From positions 1 to 64,000 of the IMG/VR virus record IMGVR_UViG_3300025131_000021: DNA of 64,000 nt, one strand, 5' to 3'. Positions 28,371 to 38,306 of the stretch are shown here, one piece after another (position 1 is the first letter of the stretch; the number at the start of each line of letters is the position of its first letter). The position numbers were made by a program, and so were the translations under genes. The notes under the pieces were generated by a model, which saw only the letters and a program-made list of their open reading frames with translations, was not told the origin of the DNA and ran no database searches. This DNA is from an uncultured virus (IMG/VR IMGVR_UViG_3300025131_000021) (Duplodnaviria > Heunggongvirae > Uroviricota > Caudoviricetes).

Positions 28371-28858
28371 TTTACTGAGTCTTTGTTTAATTGCCAAAAG
28401 TCGTTGTAGCCTGTGAAAAGCCAGTTTTTGTATATTGTATGTCTGTGGGTTTTAAAAGAGAGATTGTGGAGGGATTCTTGGAAGCCTATGTATTTGCCTT
28501 TGCGGTTAAATTTTAGTATTAATAAGTTCAAATCTTTTTCTTCTGATACATCTAATAGTTGTTCTGTCCATTCTTCTAATAGCCTAATTTCACCATCAAA
28601 TAAAAACTGGTGAAACGGAAAATCTGCATATGATTTACATTCTACGTTAAAATATTTCCACTCGTCGGGTGGTATTATGTCTCCTCTGAAAGACTGTATT
28701 TGTCCCTCGGATAAAAAATCTTTTCGTACGACATTAGAGCCGCCAACATAAGCACCCGACGACGGAGTTCTTACAAAACTCTCGTCGTACAGTTCGGATA
28801 ATTCTTTTGCAACATCTCGTTCAAATGAACTACCTTTAATTTTGCTTTTACTCGGCAT
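28322..28858 (-). CDS. Holliday junction resolvase (PD-(D/E)xK)
   Basis: SKIKGSSFERDVAKEL, RTPSSGA, GDII, VECK. Confidence 0.85.
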   Translation of the reverse strand: MPSKSKIKGSSFERDVAKELSELYDESFVRTPSSGAYVGGSNVVRKDFLSEGQIQSFRGDIIPPDEWKYFNVECKSYADFPFHQFLFDGEIRLLEEWTEQLLDVSEEKDLNLLILKFNRKGKYIGFQESLHNLSFKTHRHTIYKNWLFTGYNDFWQLNKDSVKYLSIKGNPYALNCQK

Positions 28859-29264
28859 CCTCTTGTATTGTTATAGCACCGGAGTCTACTTCTGCTTCTA
28901 CCGCGGCTTCGTTTATTGCTGTTAAATCTTCAAGTGATTCTTTTACTTCATCAACTGCTTCTTCTTCGGGTATATCCAATACACTCATTTCAGGTTCACT
29001 AAGATTTGGAGGGTCAAGTGCTTTCCATAAATCCTCTAATGTAAACCCTGAATCAATCCCGCATGAGCGGTCAATGTCAAATCCATCATCTACGTTTATT
29101 CCCTCTTTTTGAAGCCAATCTATAAACGCAGGATAATTTCCATCATCTTTAAACCCGGCTAAAGAAATAATGCCAGGTGCTTCACCTACGCTATTTGAAT
29201 GCTTCCATGCTCGTTTAACTATACCTGATAATAGTTCTTCATCGTTTGTTCTTTCTACTGTCAT
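28848..29264 (-). CDS. Acidic hypothetical protein (likely start ATG 29264)
   Basis: AGGA RBS before ATG overlapping the pyrD stop. Confidence 0.6.
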   Translation of the reverse strand: MTVERTNDEELLSGIVKRAWKHSNSVGEAPGIISLAGFKDDGNYPAFIDWLQKEGINVDDGFDIDRSCGIDSGFTLEDLWKALDPPNLSEPEMSVLDIPEEEAVDEVKESLEDLTAINEAAVEAEVDSGAITIQEDAE

Positions 29265-29956
29265 GAAATTATTCCTTGTATCTTCCACGGTGTAAAGCAA
29301 ATAGTCCCTAAACTAAAGTGATCTGCTCCATGGTCCTTATACATATTTATTGTGTCCTTCGTGTAAATTCCTCCACCTGCTATAACGGTCACTGAGGGAT
29401 ACTTTGTCTTTATGAGCTTCAGAATCTTTAATGTGTAAGGCACTATCGCCGGTCCGCTCAACCCACCTTTCTCCGTTTGGATCGTGTTCGAAGCGTGTAT
29501 CTGAGTGTATCCGCTCGCAAGGACGGATTCTATCTCTTGTTCTGTATACGTAGGGGGTATTTTGCAAATACACCATTCTCTTTTATCCTCTGTCCATTTA
29601 CTAAATTGGGTACTACTTATATTATTGCATGAACTATGCAAATTGTCAATATTTGGACAAGAAATGTTTATTTCTACAGATGCGTTACTAGGCACAATGT
29701 TATACATCTTGTGCCAGTCATTATCTTCTATTTGTGCTAAACTTAAAATTTCCCAAGGTTTGTGTTTACGTACTCCAACATGTATGCCCGGATTACGTAA
29801 TCCAATTCTATTTATCCAGCCACCACGTGTTGGCCGTAAAGTCTTTACAATTTGTTTTAATCGTCCTGGTCTTGATTCTAAAGTCCACGAACCTGTTACT
29901 GATATTGTGTTTTTAAACTTTAAATAATTTCCAAATGGTGCAGATATAAAGTACAT
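29261..29956 (-). CDS. pyrD: Dihydroorotate dehydrogenase (short form)
   Basis: INRIGLRNPG, EINISCPN, KIPP, SNT, GGLSG, IAGGGI, GAD motifs. Confidence 0.85.
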   Translation of the reverse strand: MYFISAPFGNYLKFKNTISVTGSWTLESRPGRLKQIVKTLRPTRGGWINRIGLRNPGIHVGVRKHKPWEILSLAQIEDNDWHKMYNIVPSNASVEINISCPNIDNLHSSCNNISSTQFSKWTEDKREWCICKIPPTYTEQEIESVLASGYTQIHASNTIQTEKGGLSGPAIVPYTLKILKLIKTKYPSVTVIAGGGIYTKDTINMYKDHGADHFSLGTICFTPWKIQGIIS

Positions 29957-30531
29957 TAAAACTGTTTCAAGACACCATCTTTATTTTCTTGTGTCTTAGT
30001 TTGTAATGGTTGTGGAAAACTTAGTTTATCAAGAATCCACTCAACAGATTCGTTATCGTTAAATCGTAATGCCATGCCTATATGTTTAACACCGTCAACA
30101 AACGAAAAGCCATAATGTACTTTTTGTGTATTAACCGCATACCAACGACCGGGTTCTAACACTTCTATTTTATTATCGTAAACAAAACAATAATCTGTTG
30201 GGCGTGTATAATTTAAAAAACAAAGACATCTAACAGAATTTGTGTGTAACTTTCTCCACTTATCTCTATGAGGATATAAAAAAGAACCAGTGTTAAATTC
30301 TAAATATCCTACATCTGTAGCATTTTTAGGTAATTCCCACGAATCAGGTGCTTTATAGTATTCATATGCTATCTTTGCGCCTAGCTCGTTTGGATCTCTG
30401 CTATTTTTTATATTTGCCGAATCTTTATGAAATTCTTCAAGTTCCTGTATAACATTATCAGGGGCCCAAGCATTAAGATCAATAATATCTCCAGCGGCTT
30501 GAAATAAGTAATGTGCGTCAAATTGCTTCAT
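29956..30531 (-). CDS. 2OG-Fe(II) oxygenase / Asp-Asn beta-hydroxylase-like
   Basis: PHRD ... VNTQKVH (HxD...H) jelly-roll signature; ATAAATA at 30537-30543. Confidence 0.7.
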   Translation of the reverse strand: MKQFDAHYLFQAAGDIIDLNAWAPDNVIQELEEFHKDSANIKNSRDPNELGAKIAYEYYKAPDSWELPKNATDVGYLEFNTGSFLYPHRDKWRKLHTNSVRCLCFLNYTRPTDYCFVYDNKIEVLEPGRWYAVNTQKVHYGFSFVDGVKHIGMALRFNDNESVEWILDKLSFPQPLQTKTQENKDGVLKQF

Positions 30532-30539
30532 AGTTGTAT

Positions 30540-32315
30540 TTATTCTAATACGAAGTCCTTTGTTACCTCGTATGTTGTAAATCCGTTTTCTTTTGTTACT
30601 TGTAATATATCTGTAACCCTGCTTTGTAATTCGTCCTTATGACTTACAAGAAATACGTTTTTATTGCGTTCTCTTGACATTTTCTTTAATACTGCCATAC
30701 TTGCTTCTACACCCATTGTATCCATTCCACTATCAATAAGTTCGTCTATACATAACAAATTAATAGGATGATTTAGATTTTCAAACACATCTCTAAATGC
30801 CCAACTTAAACCTAGTATAAGTCTATTACGTTCTCCTCGCGATAAGTTATCAAAGTCTAAATCACGTCCTAGCTCTGTAATTTCTACATCTAAATCGTTT
30901 TTAAACTTAACATTATGTGGTAGTCCTAGATCTAACAAGTATTTTTGTAATTTACTATTTAGATATTTTAAATTTTGTTCAACAATAAGTTTACGTATAT
31001 ACGAATCGGGTTTTGTTAGCATATCCTTTAAAAATTCCCTATGAGTTAAATCATCAGTTAACTCGTTAAGTTTTTTAAAAGATACGTCAGTCCATGCCGA
31101 ATCTTTTAAATTTTCAATCTGTTCAGCATACGGATCAGTTTCCTTTTGTTTTGTTTCTAATTTTTCTTTTAGATTTTCTAAGTTACTTTTATGTTCATAT
31201 GCATGTTGTATATTTCCATAACTTACATGTGGCTTTTCCATATGATTTCCTAAAACTACACTTGCCGCCGTAGCAGATTCGTGATCGCTTTGTGCTTTAT
31301 CTACTTGTTCGTTGGCGTCTTTTAATTGTTTTTCTTTTTGCTTAATTAAAGTGCCATGACCATTTGAATGTAAATCTTGTTTACAGAGAGGACAACTTTT
31401 ATTCTTTAGTTGTTCAAGGTCACTTAAAATAGAAGTACGAACATTGTCGGAATGTTTCAATGCTTTTTCTGCAAGGGATAGCTCTTTTTTCGTGGCAGTT
31501 TTTGCAGTGATCCATGCATTAAACTCATCTAGTAATTCGTGTTGTTTTAGTTCTTTTTCAATATCTATTTTGCTTAAACGGTCAATTCCTAATTGTAGAT
31601 CGCTAATTTCTTTATCTTGATTCTTATTCCAAATAGTTGTACGACGTTCTAAATCTGCTATTGTTTTTTCTATTTTTGCATTTGCTTCTTGTTGTGCTTT
31701 AACTTTAAATTCTTCTTCTTTAATATTTGACTTTACTTCTTTGATAGTTTCTTTTAAAACATCAGCCTTTTCACTAAGTTGAGTAACACCTAAAATAAGC
31801 TCAATCATTTCTCTTTGTTCATGAGCTCGCAATGCAAGAAATGGTTCTGTATATGTATTAAGTGCAATTAGATGTTTAAAAAGTGTTCCGTTAATACCAA
31901 GTACTTTGTTTATTTCTGCTTGTGTATTACGTCCTTCACCTTGCATTTCATCTGTAGTGCCATTGTCAGTTTCATGTGCATCAACAATAAATTTAAAAAT
32001 ATTAGGTTTTCTACCACGCTCAATTTTATAAAGGTGTCCGTCCTTTTCAAACTCAACGGCACACATCATACCTTTGGCATTTGTTTTGTTTATTAAGTTG
32101 TCCTTTTTAATACTTGTTAAAGGAACACCAAATAAAGCATAACTCAAAGCATTAATAATTGTAGTTTTGCCTGTACCATTACGAGATTCGTTTGAACCCA
32201 AATCTAAATTATTACCTAATACTAAGGTTAGCATTGAGTCATCAAATGTAACCGCTTGGGTTACATTACCTATACTCATAAAGTTTTTTACAGATAATGT
32301 TTTTATATTAAGCAT
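30540..32315 (-). CDS. gp46: Recombination exonuclease ATPase subunit (gp46/SbcC/Rad50-like)
   Basis: KNFMSIG, Walker A NGTGKTT, CPLC hook, LSRGE signature, IDELID Walker B, VSH; start at MLNIK. Confidence 0.95.
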   Translation of the reverse strand: MLNIKTLSVKNFMSIGNVTQAVTFDDSMLTLVLGNNLDLGSNESRNGTGKTTIINALSYALFGVPLTSIKKDNLINKTNAKGMMCAVEFEKDGHLYKIERGRKPNIFKFIVDAHETDNGTTDEMQGEGRNTQAEINKVLGINGTLFKHLIALNTYTEPFLALRAHEQREMIELILGVTQLSEKADVLKETIKEVKSNIKEEEFKVKAQQEANAKIEKTIADLERRTTIWNKNQDKEISDLQLGIDRLSKIDIEKELKQHELLDEFNAWITAKTATKKELSLAEKALKHSDNVRTSILSDLEQLKNKSCPLCKQDLHSNGHGTLIKQKEKQLKDANEQVDKAQSDHESATAASVVLGNHMEKPHVSYGNIQHAYEHKSNLENLKEKLETKQKETDPYAEQIENLKDSAWTDVSFKKLNELTDDLTHREFLKDMLTKPDSYIRKLIVEQNLKYLNSKLQKYLLDLGLPHNVKFKNDLDVEITELGRDLDFDNLSRGERNRLILGLSWAFRDVFENLNHPINLLCIDELIDSGMDTMGVEASMAVLKKMSRERNKNVFLVSHKDELQSRVTDILQVTKENGFTTYEVTKDFVLE

Positions 32316-32374
32316 TAAGGAAAGATCTCCTGGCTTTAGTCGCAGACATATTATCAAGTGCTATGAACACTCGT

Positions 32375-32581
32375 TTAGTTTGGTGTTTGTTCATTATGTA
32401 TATCGTTATAAATTATCGAAAATATATTATCTACTTCGTCTTCTTCAATAATGACAAAATCACCTAAAACATCCAAGAGTACGTATCCACCGCCTTCGCG
32501 GTACTTACGTATTTCATAATCTCCGGTATGTCCAAGATGATCCGAGACATCTAAAATTTCCATATGTTTTCGTAAATTCAT
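32375..32581 (-). CDS. Hypothetical protein
   Basis: ATGA overlap with gp47 stop. Confidence 0.6.
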   Translation of the reverse strand: MNLRKHMEILDVSDHLGHTGDYEIRKYREGGGYVLLDVLGDFVIIEEDEVDNIFSIIYNDIHNEQTPN

Positions 32582-33597
32582 AACGAATTGTAGATGCTTA
32601 CTAATTTGTCGACTTTAATTGTTTCGCTCTTAATACATTGTAACTGATTTAGTACCACTTTGTCAACCGTTTCAAACTCTAATTCACCATCGGTAGTTTG
32701 GTCTTCTGTATAATCAGTATTTGTATTTGGAATCATTGTTAGTTCACGAATAGGGTATTTTTCTAGGTATATTTCCCTAATTTGATTAGCCTCTTGATAC
32801 GTTATATCTATATCTAAATTGACTTTTAAATGCGATTTAGATTTTAATATATCATCTGCATTATCCATTAATGTGCTAAGATCAAGTGTTTGATATCGTG
32901 GACAGTCTACCCAATTTATGTATTCAGGAACACCTCCCCATTCTAATATCATCATACCCCTATCATCATCCCACGCATCAGCAAAGTTGTGTGGGAAAGC
33001 ATTACCTATGTAATGCACATTTGATTTGTTTTGTCGCTTATGAAAATGTCCAGTAAACACATATTCTTGATTAGGAAAATGTCCCATACCTGGTCCTCCA
33101 TGATCGGGCATTTCTACCATAGCATTCATTTTAAAACCGCTAAGTTCTAAATGCCCAAACATATATGGTTGTTTAAATTTAACAACTTTTTTCCATTCAT
33201 TTTCAACAAGCCACGGAACAATAGCAACATCACCATCTTGTACTATTTCATTTACAATTTCAATATTTTTCCATACCTTGCCAAATGGAAGCGAATTAAT
33301 CTCACGTTTTTCTCTGTAATACAGATCATGATTACCCATAATCATGTACACCTTTTCAAACGCATTGCTTAGTCGTTCCAAATTGCTTATAGTATAATTT
33401 AATGTTGAAACATTTATTTGTGCCCTATGGTGATGCCAATCTCCTAAAAATATAGCAGTTTCACAGTCCCTTGCTTGTGCTTCGGTTATAAACCATTTTA
33501 TAAATTCTTCACAATCATCGTTATGCAAACGACTATTGTTTCGCATTCCAAAATGTATATCTGTAAAACATGCAACTTTTTTAAACAAATTTTTCAT
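32578..33597 (-). CDS. gp47: Recombination nuclease subunit (gp47/SbcD/Mre11-like)
   Basis: TDIHFG, LGDW, GNHD, GHLE, GHFH metallophosphoesterase motifs. Confidence 0.95.
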   Translation of the reverse strand: MKNLFKKVACFTDIHFGMRNNSRLHNDDCEEFIKWFITEAQARDCETAIFLGDWHHHRAQINVSTLNYTISNLERLSNAFEKVYMIMGNHDLYYREKREINSLPFGKVWKNIEIVNEIVQDGDVAIVPWLVENEWKKVVKFKQPYMFGHLELSGFKMNAMVEMPDHGGPGMGHFPNQEYVFTGHFHKRQNKSNVHYIGNAFPHNFADAWDDDRGMMILEWGGVPEYINWVDCPRYQTLDLSTLMDNADDILKSKSHLKVNLDIDITYQEANQIREIYLEKYPIRELTMIPNTNTDYTEDQTTDGELEFETVDKVVLNQLQCIKSETIKVDKLVSIYNSL

Positions 33598-34436
33598 TTT
33601 TCCGGAACCTCTAATGGTAAAATTGATTCATCAGTTCCCCATTTTTGTGCCGATGCTTTCTTAGCCTGGAGATAGTCATTTAACTGTCTAGTGTAACTAG
33701 GATTATATCCATGTTTCACAAGTAAGTCATCACGTATGTTTTGACTCTTTTTCTCTAGGTTTAATATACGTGTAAAAGAGTTAGTTATAGCGGCTGTATA
33801 ATATGCAAAAGGATTTGCCGATTTACTTTCATCAAACTGTAAACCTATTTGACTAAGTTGTAATAATGCTTGTGATCGCATTTCATCAACATATGTATAA
33901 CCACGCCAGTTAGATCGCATACTGTAACGATCACATAATAGCATAAAACCTTTTGCTAATTCATCAGTAATATATCCGTGTACTGACGAAAAATGTCCAT
34001 CTCTTAAATTGCCTTTCCAATGACTTCGTCCAACTTCAGTAAGTTTATCGTTGATTAATGTCCAATGTTTAAATGCTGGAAAGTTAACTTTAACATGGTA
34101 ATCTGCTTCTGTCTTTGGATTCTTTTTTAGTTTTTCTTTTGGAGGGATGTGATCGTAACATGTAACTCTATAAATTACATGATTTTTAAGTTCTTTATCG
34201 GGGACCTTTATTGGTGGTTCTTGTGCCTCTAGTTTAGCCCTACGTATGTCCTTTGCGGCCTTAGTTGTTCTTATATTAATCTTGTCTAACGATGGTAAAA
34301 TTATATCATAGTCAGAAAACTTTTCATCCTTAAACCAACAATAGGTTTTTTTAGATAAGTGTATCTGAGCTAGAAGATTTTTATTCGTTAGGTACTTTTT
34401 CGCGGCTTTTTTGCCGGGTGCTACTATTTTTTGCAT
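33594..34436 (-). CDS. gp55: Late transcription sigma factor (gp55-like)
   Basis: YLTNKNLL, NWRGYTYVDEM, FDESKSANPFAYYT, RILNLEKK; adjacent to gp47. Confidence 0.9.
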   Translation of the reverse strand: MQKIVAPGKKAAKKYLTNKNLLAQIHLSKKTYCWFKDEKFSDYDIILPSLDKINIRTTKAAKDIRRAKLEAQEPPIKVPDKELKNHVIYRVTCYDHIPPKEKLKKNPKTEADYHVKVNFPAFKHWTLINDKLTEVGRSHWKGNLRDGHFSSVHGYITDELAKGFMLLCDRYSMRSNWRGYTYVDEMRSQALLQLSQIGLQFDESKSANPFAYYTAAITNSFTRILNLEKKSQNIRDDLLVKHGYNPSYTRQLNDYLQAKKASAQKWGTDESILPLEVPEK

Positions 34437-34465
34437 ATCAATCTACCTAATTTTGTGTTATATAT

Positions 34466-34494
34466 ATTATACACTAAGATGTGGTGAAAATCAA
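34466..34494 (-). promoter_or_regulatory. sigma70-type promoter for gp55-gp47-gp46
   Basis: TTGATT-17 bp-TATAAT on minus strand. Confidence 0.7.
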
Positions 34495-34497
34495 CGG

Positions 34498-34504
34498 ATA
34501 AATA
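34498..34504 (+). promoter_or_regulatory. Putative late promoter for baseplate operon
   Basis: ATAAATA upstream of 34526. Confidence 0.6.
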
Positions 34505-34525
34505 TCTAAAAGAAGAGATTACTCT

Positions 34526-35143
34526 ATGCGTATTTTTGAAGTTATAAAATCGAATATTGATGTTGCCGTTTTTTACGGCGGAAGATTTCAGCCAATGCAT
34601 AAAGGTCACTATGGGCTATATCAATCATTAGTTGAGAAGTTCGGCCCTAATAACGTATTTATCGCAACCACTTTTGGCAAAAAACAACAACAAGCACATG
34701 CCGTAATGGACTTCGATGCAGATCCTTTTACGTTTGAAGAAAAGCAATTTATAATTAATACAATGTATAACATACCAAACGAACGCATTGTTAATACACA
34801 ACCATATAGACCTGATATGAGTCTAGTAGGGTTAAACAAAGAAAAAAATGCATTAATGCTTGCTTTTAGTGATAAAGATGCAGGTCGTCTTAAACCCGGT
34901 AATGTATTACGTAATTACGAACCTGGTATAAAATTAGAACCAAACTTCATTGACGGGAAAGAACATAGAGCATACATTTATACATCAGCATTATTTCATG
35001 GCGGAGCAAATGCATCAGACTTTAGAAGCGGTATGCGAAAATTAGAATCTGATGATGCTAAGAAACAATTATTTGCACATTATTTTGGTAAGATGAATGA
35101 TGCAGTATATAACTTAATTAATGAGAGATTAAATGGCAGGTGA
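34526..35143 (+). CDS. Cytidylyltransferase-like (HIGH superfamily) protein
   Basis: GGRFQPMHKGH motif; PFTFEEK; ASDFR. Confidence 0.75.
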   Translation: MRIFEVIKSNIDVAVFYGGRFQPMHKGHYGLYQSLVEKFGPNNVFIATTFGKKQQQAHAVMDFDADPFTFEEKQFIINTMYNIPNERIVNTQPYRPDMSLVGLNKEKNALMLAFSDKDAGRLKPGNVLRNYEPGIKLEPNFIDGKEHRAYIYTSALFHGGANASDFRSGMRKLESDDAKKQLFAHYFGKMNDAVYNLINERLNGR

Positions 35144-35762
35144 CACAGACCAACGGGCGTATCTATTACCACCGGAACACATAGTATCGATAATGAAAGA
35201 AAGTCCTATTTTTGAACCTATTGTAAAATCAGGGTTTAAAGTAATATTTCCTTTTACGCCAACTATACAAGGAATACATGCCGCAGATTGGGGACCTATG
35301 GGAGTGACCCATACAAATTATCAATACTATTCCTATCAAGGATCACAATCACCGCAACTTAATTTAAGTGGTCCATTCTTTAACCAATCACAAGAGGAAG
35401 CAAAATATTATTTGGCGTGTGTACATTTTTTTAGAATGGTAACCAAAATGAGATTTGGAAGATCAGATCCATATAGAGGAGCACCTCCGCCTATATTAAA
35501 GTTTAACGCTTTTGGAGACTTAATGTTTAAAAACATACCTGTTATTATTCGAAGTTTTAACTTTGAAATGCCTCCAGCAGTTGACTTTATAGATATTGGT
35601 ATTGGTAAGACTACCGGAGGATCAACATATTTTAAACAACGTGTACCAACACAATCTAATTTATTTGTAGATATGCAAACACAATACTTGCCAGGGGCTA
35701 CACTTGATTGGAACTTAGAAAAATTCGCTAACGGAGATTTAGTTAGGAAAGGGTTTATTTAA
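35133..35762 (+). CDS. Baseplate/tail-tube initiator-like protein (gp48/54-like)
   Basis: VIFPFTPTI, THTNY, GAPPPILKFNAFG, PVIIRSF; precedes gp53-like gene. Confidence 0.65.
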   Translation: MAGDTDQRAYLLPPEHIVSIMKESPIFEPIVKSGFKVIFPFTPTIQGIHAADWGPMGVTHTNYQYYSYQGSQSPQLNLSGPFFNQSQEEAKYYLACVHFFRMVTKMRFGRSDPYRGAPPPILKFNAFGDLMFKNIPVIIRSFNFEMPPAVDFIDIGIGKTTGGSTYFKQRVPTQSNLFVDMQTQYLPGATLDWNLEKFANGDLVRKGFI

Positions 35763-36049
35763 TGACAAAACCAACAAGCCACTATTCAACTACAACTTCT
35801 AATAACAAATACCTCGATATCTGGAACCCCCCTTCGCTACTAACAAAAACAGGTAAAGAGCAAACAGTAACAATCGAATCAAAATATGCAAATCGTCCTG
35901 ATTTGCTTGCTTCAGATTTATATGGTTCTCCTAGATTATGGTGGACTTTTGCATACTTAAATGCAGATAAACTTGAAGATCCTATATGGGATTTTAAGGC
36001 GGGTCTGGACATTCTTATATTCGATCCAACTGATATAAGAAGGGTATAA
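35762..36049 (+). CDS. gp53: Baseplate wedge protein, LysM-like (gp53-like)
   Basis: RPDLLASDLYGSPRLWWTFAYLN. Confidence 0.85.
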   Translation: MTKPTSHYSTTTSNNKYLDIWNPPSLLTKTGKEQTVTIESKYANRPDLLASDLYGSPRLWWTFAYLNADKLEDPIWDFKAGLDILIFDPTDIRRV

Positions 36050-36050
36050 C

Positions 36051-38291
36051 ATGGCCACCACACATGATGATGATGCACGTTATAATAAGGCTATAGGCGT
36101 ACAAGCCAGAGGATTATCTGGCAAAGGCAAAGGAAAGTTTCTCCTCGGTAGTATGCTTGATCGCTTTAATTATACATATCATCTTAGATTTACAATGTTA
36201 AATCCAATAGAATCAATAGATATGGATCCTTCTTTAGGAGTTGTAATGGTTGAATCTGCAACAACTTCTAGGTACATTATTGATAGTTTTGAACTTACAC
36301 AAACTGTTGGATGGGACAAAGTAACCCGAAGTGCTTTTGGCGGACGAGGTACTTTAGTAATTACTGAATCTGGTGGAGCATCATATTTAGATAGTATGTT
36401 ACGTGCCGCAACTCTACTTAAAATACCTGATTATAAAGAAGCAACATATTTAATGGAAGTATCTTTTCCGACCGAAAGTCCATCTGATCCTATGCTACCA
36501 ACATATAAGTGGTTATTTAAAATTACAGGAATGGCAGTAAATGTTTCCACCGCAGGAGCCCAATATTCTATACAAATAATAGATGTATCGCAACATGCTA
36601 TTAGTAGTACAGTCGCAATAATTAACGATGTTTTAGTTTTAGATAAACTAGAAACATTTGGAGATTTTGTTGACACTTTAGAAAAAGAATTAAATGATGC
36701 CCAACAAAAGAAAGTTAAAGTAACACAAATGGTTGCCAATGAATACGAATTTATATATCCTAAAAGTTGGAAATCGTGGAAATTAGAAAACTTAGATGCA
36801 CCAGATGAAAATGATCCGTTTATGCGATCAACAAACGATAATACTAAAATACAATGTAAAGTAACAAAAGGAACTAACATACTTGATTTAACGGGTTTTG
36901 CAGTAGGTAATACAGCGGAGTTTCAAGGTTGGGTTAGTGATAAAAGTTCTTCTGGTGAAGCAACAGATAGAGATAAAACGGACGAAACAAAGTTAGATAC
37001 AATTAAAAAGTTTTATAGAATACAAACAGATGTAGAATATTTAAAGTATGATGTTTTAAGAGGCGAATATGCCCAGAAACTTACATATAAAATAATGAGC
37101 TACTTGGAACCTAGACTAGATGCAGGAATGGCAAAAACATATGTTCCAAATATTGGTAATGCTCAACAAGCAAAAACCCGAGTAGACAAAATGCGTAAAG
37201 CAGGATTGCTTAAAAAAGTTTATGCACACTCAGGAACAGGTATAAACACAAATGTTTTAAACTTTGATTGTACAATGAATCATTCTTACTATTCATTACA
37301 ACCTGTTTTTAATTCTGCTAGTATAGCACAAATACCTGGATATAAATTTGAACAAGGCGGAAAACACAAACAAAACAAATTATTAGATGACATTAAAAAA
37401 ATAGATTCAAAAATAGAAAAATTACAATCAGCGGCAAATGCAGAAAGTTCGCCAGGCGTAATAGGTAGTAGTATAGCAAAAAGCCAAGAAGACTCAGTTA
37501 AACAACGAAATCAAAAAATGGACGAATTAGTATCAACCCCTTCAGTAAATGATGAGCCCTCAGTTCCTGCACCAACAAGTAATAAAGGACGAATGACAGG
37601 ATTAACGTATGCAGAATCATTTCAGGATGAAGAAGAATACTTAAATCCAAATAGTTTTCCTATAAAATTTATAGAAGATGCAAATATGGCAACTAATATG
37701 GAAGCATTTCCGGGCGGATCACATCGCGGTAGGGCATTTTTTAACACAACATATTTAAATTTAAGTAACAATGCAGATTTTGCAAAAATAGATTTACATA
37801 TTAAAGGTGATCCGTATTGGTTTGGAAGTCCTAATAGTATACGAGATAATGATTGGCATGATGATGAAACCGGTTTATATGCTAACTATGAATTAGGAAG
37901 TTGTGCTTTCTTTTTTACAATGAATTTTCCGTCAACATCATTAGCATCAAGAGATTCAAATTCTCAATACGGTAGTCCTTCAGAAACAAATATGGAAAGC
38001 CAAGGAGTTAGCAATCCAACTCATCAAGGAACGGCTTCTTCTATGCTAACTGGAAAGGCTATGGCAAATAACGATACTTCAAGTAAAGGATTAACAAGTC
38101 CAGAACCATGGGTACAAGAAGCAAACGGATTAGAGGCTGTTTATCTAGTTACAAATATTATAAGTAATTTTTCTAATGGACAATTTACACAACATTTATA
38201 TGGATTGCGTGATTGCACAATTAATATATCTTTAGTTTATGACGAGTTAAAAGGCGACATAGACTTAGTAAAACAACATCAAGATTTTTGA
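36051..38291 (+). CDS. Baseplate hub protein (gp27/GpD-like)
   Basis: Between gp53 and gp5; IKGDPYW and YLVTNIISNFSNGQFTQHL hub-type C-terminal motifs. Confidence 0.65.
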   Translation: MATTHDDDARYNKAIGVQARGLSGKGKGKFLLGSMLDRFNYTYHLRFTMLNPIESIDMDPSLGVVMVESATTSRYIIDSFELTQTVGWDKVTRSAFGGRGTLVITESGGASYLDSMLRAATLLKIPDYKEATYLMEVSFPTESPSDPMLPTYKWLFKITGMAVNVSTAGAQYSIQIIDVSQHAISSTVAIINDVLVLDKLETFGDFVDTLEKELNDAQQKKVKVTQMVANEYEFIYPKSWKSWKLENLDAPDENDPFMRSTNDNTKIQCKVTKGTNILDLTGFAVGNTAEFQGWVSDKSSSGEATDRDKTDETKLDTIKKFYRIQTDVEYLKYDVLRGEYAQKLTYKIMSYLEPRLDAGMAKTYVPNIGNAQQAKTRVDKMRKAGLLKKVYAHSGTGINTNVLNFDCTMNHSYYSLQPVFNSASIAQIPGYKFEQGGKHKQNKLLDDIKKIDSKIEKLQSAANAESSPGVIGSSIAKSQEDSVKQRNQKMDELVSTPSVNDEPSVPAPTSNKGRMTGLTYAESFQDEEEYLNPNSFPIKFIEDANMATNMEAFPGGSHRGRAFFNTTYLNLSNNADFAKIDLHIKGDPYWFGSPNSIRDNDWHDDETGLYANYELGSCAFFFTMNFPSTSLASRDSNSQYGSPSETNMESQGVSNPTHQGTASSMLTGKAMANNDTSSKGLTSPEPWVQEANGLEAVYLVTNIISNFSNGQFTQHLYGLRDCTINISLVYDELKGDIDLVKQHQDF

Positions 38292-38306
38292 AATGGATAA
38301 GGAATA

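Noticed and set aside
21899..33597. Inteins or homing endonucleases in portal, gp46 or gp47
   Set aside because: Lengths are ordinary, and no intein, LAGLIDADG, HNH or GIY-YIG motifs were recognised
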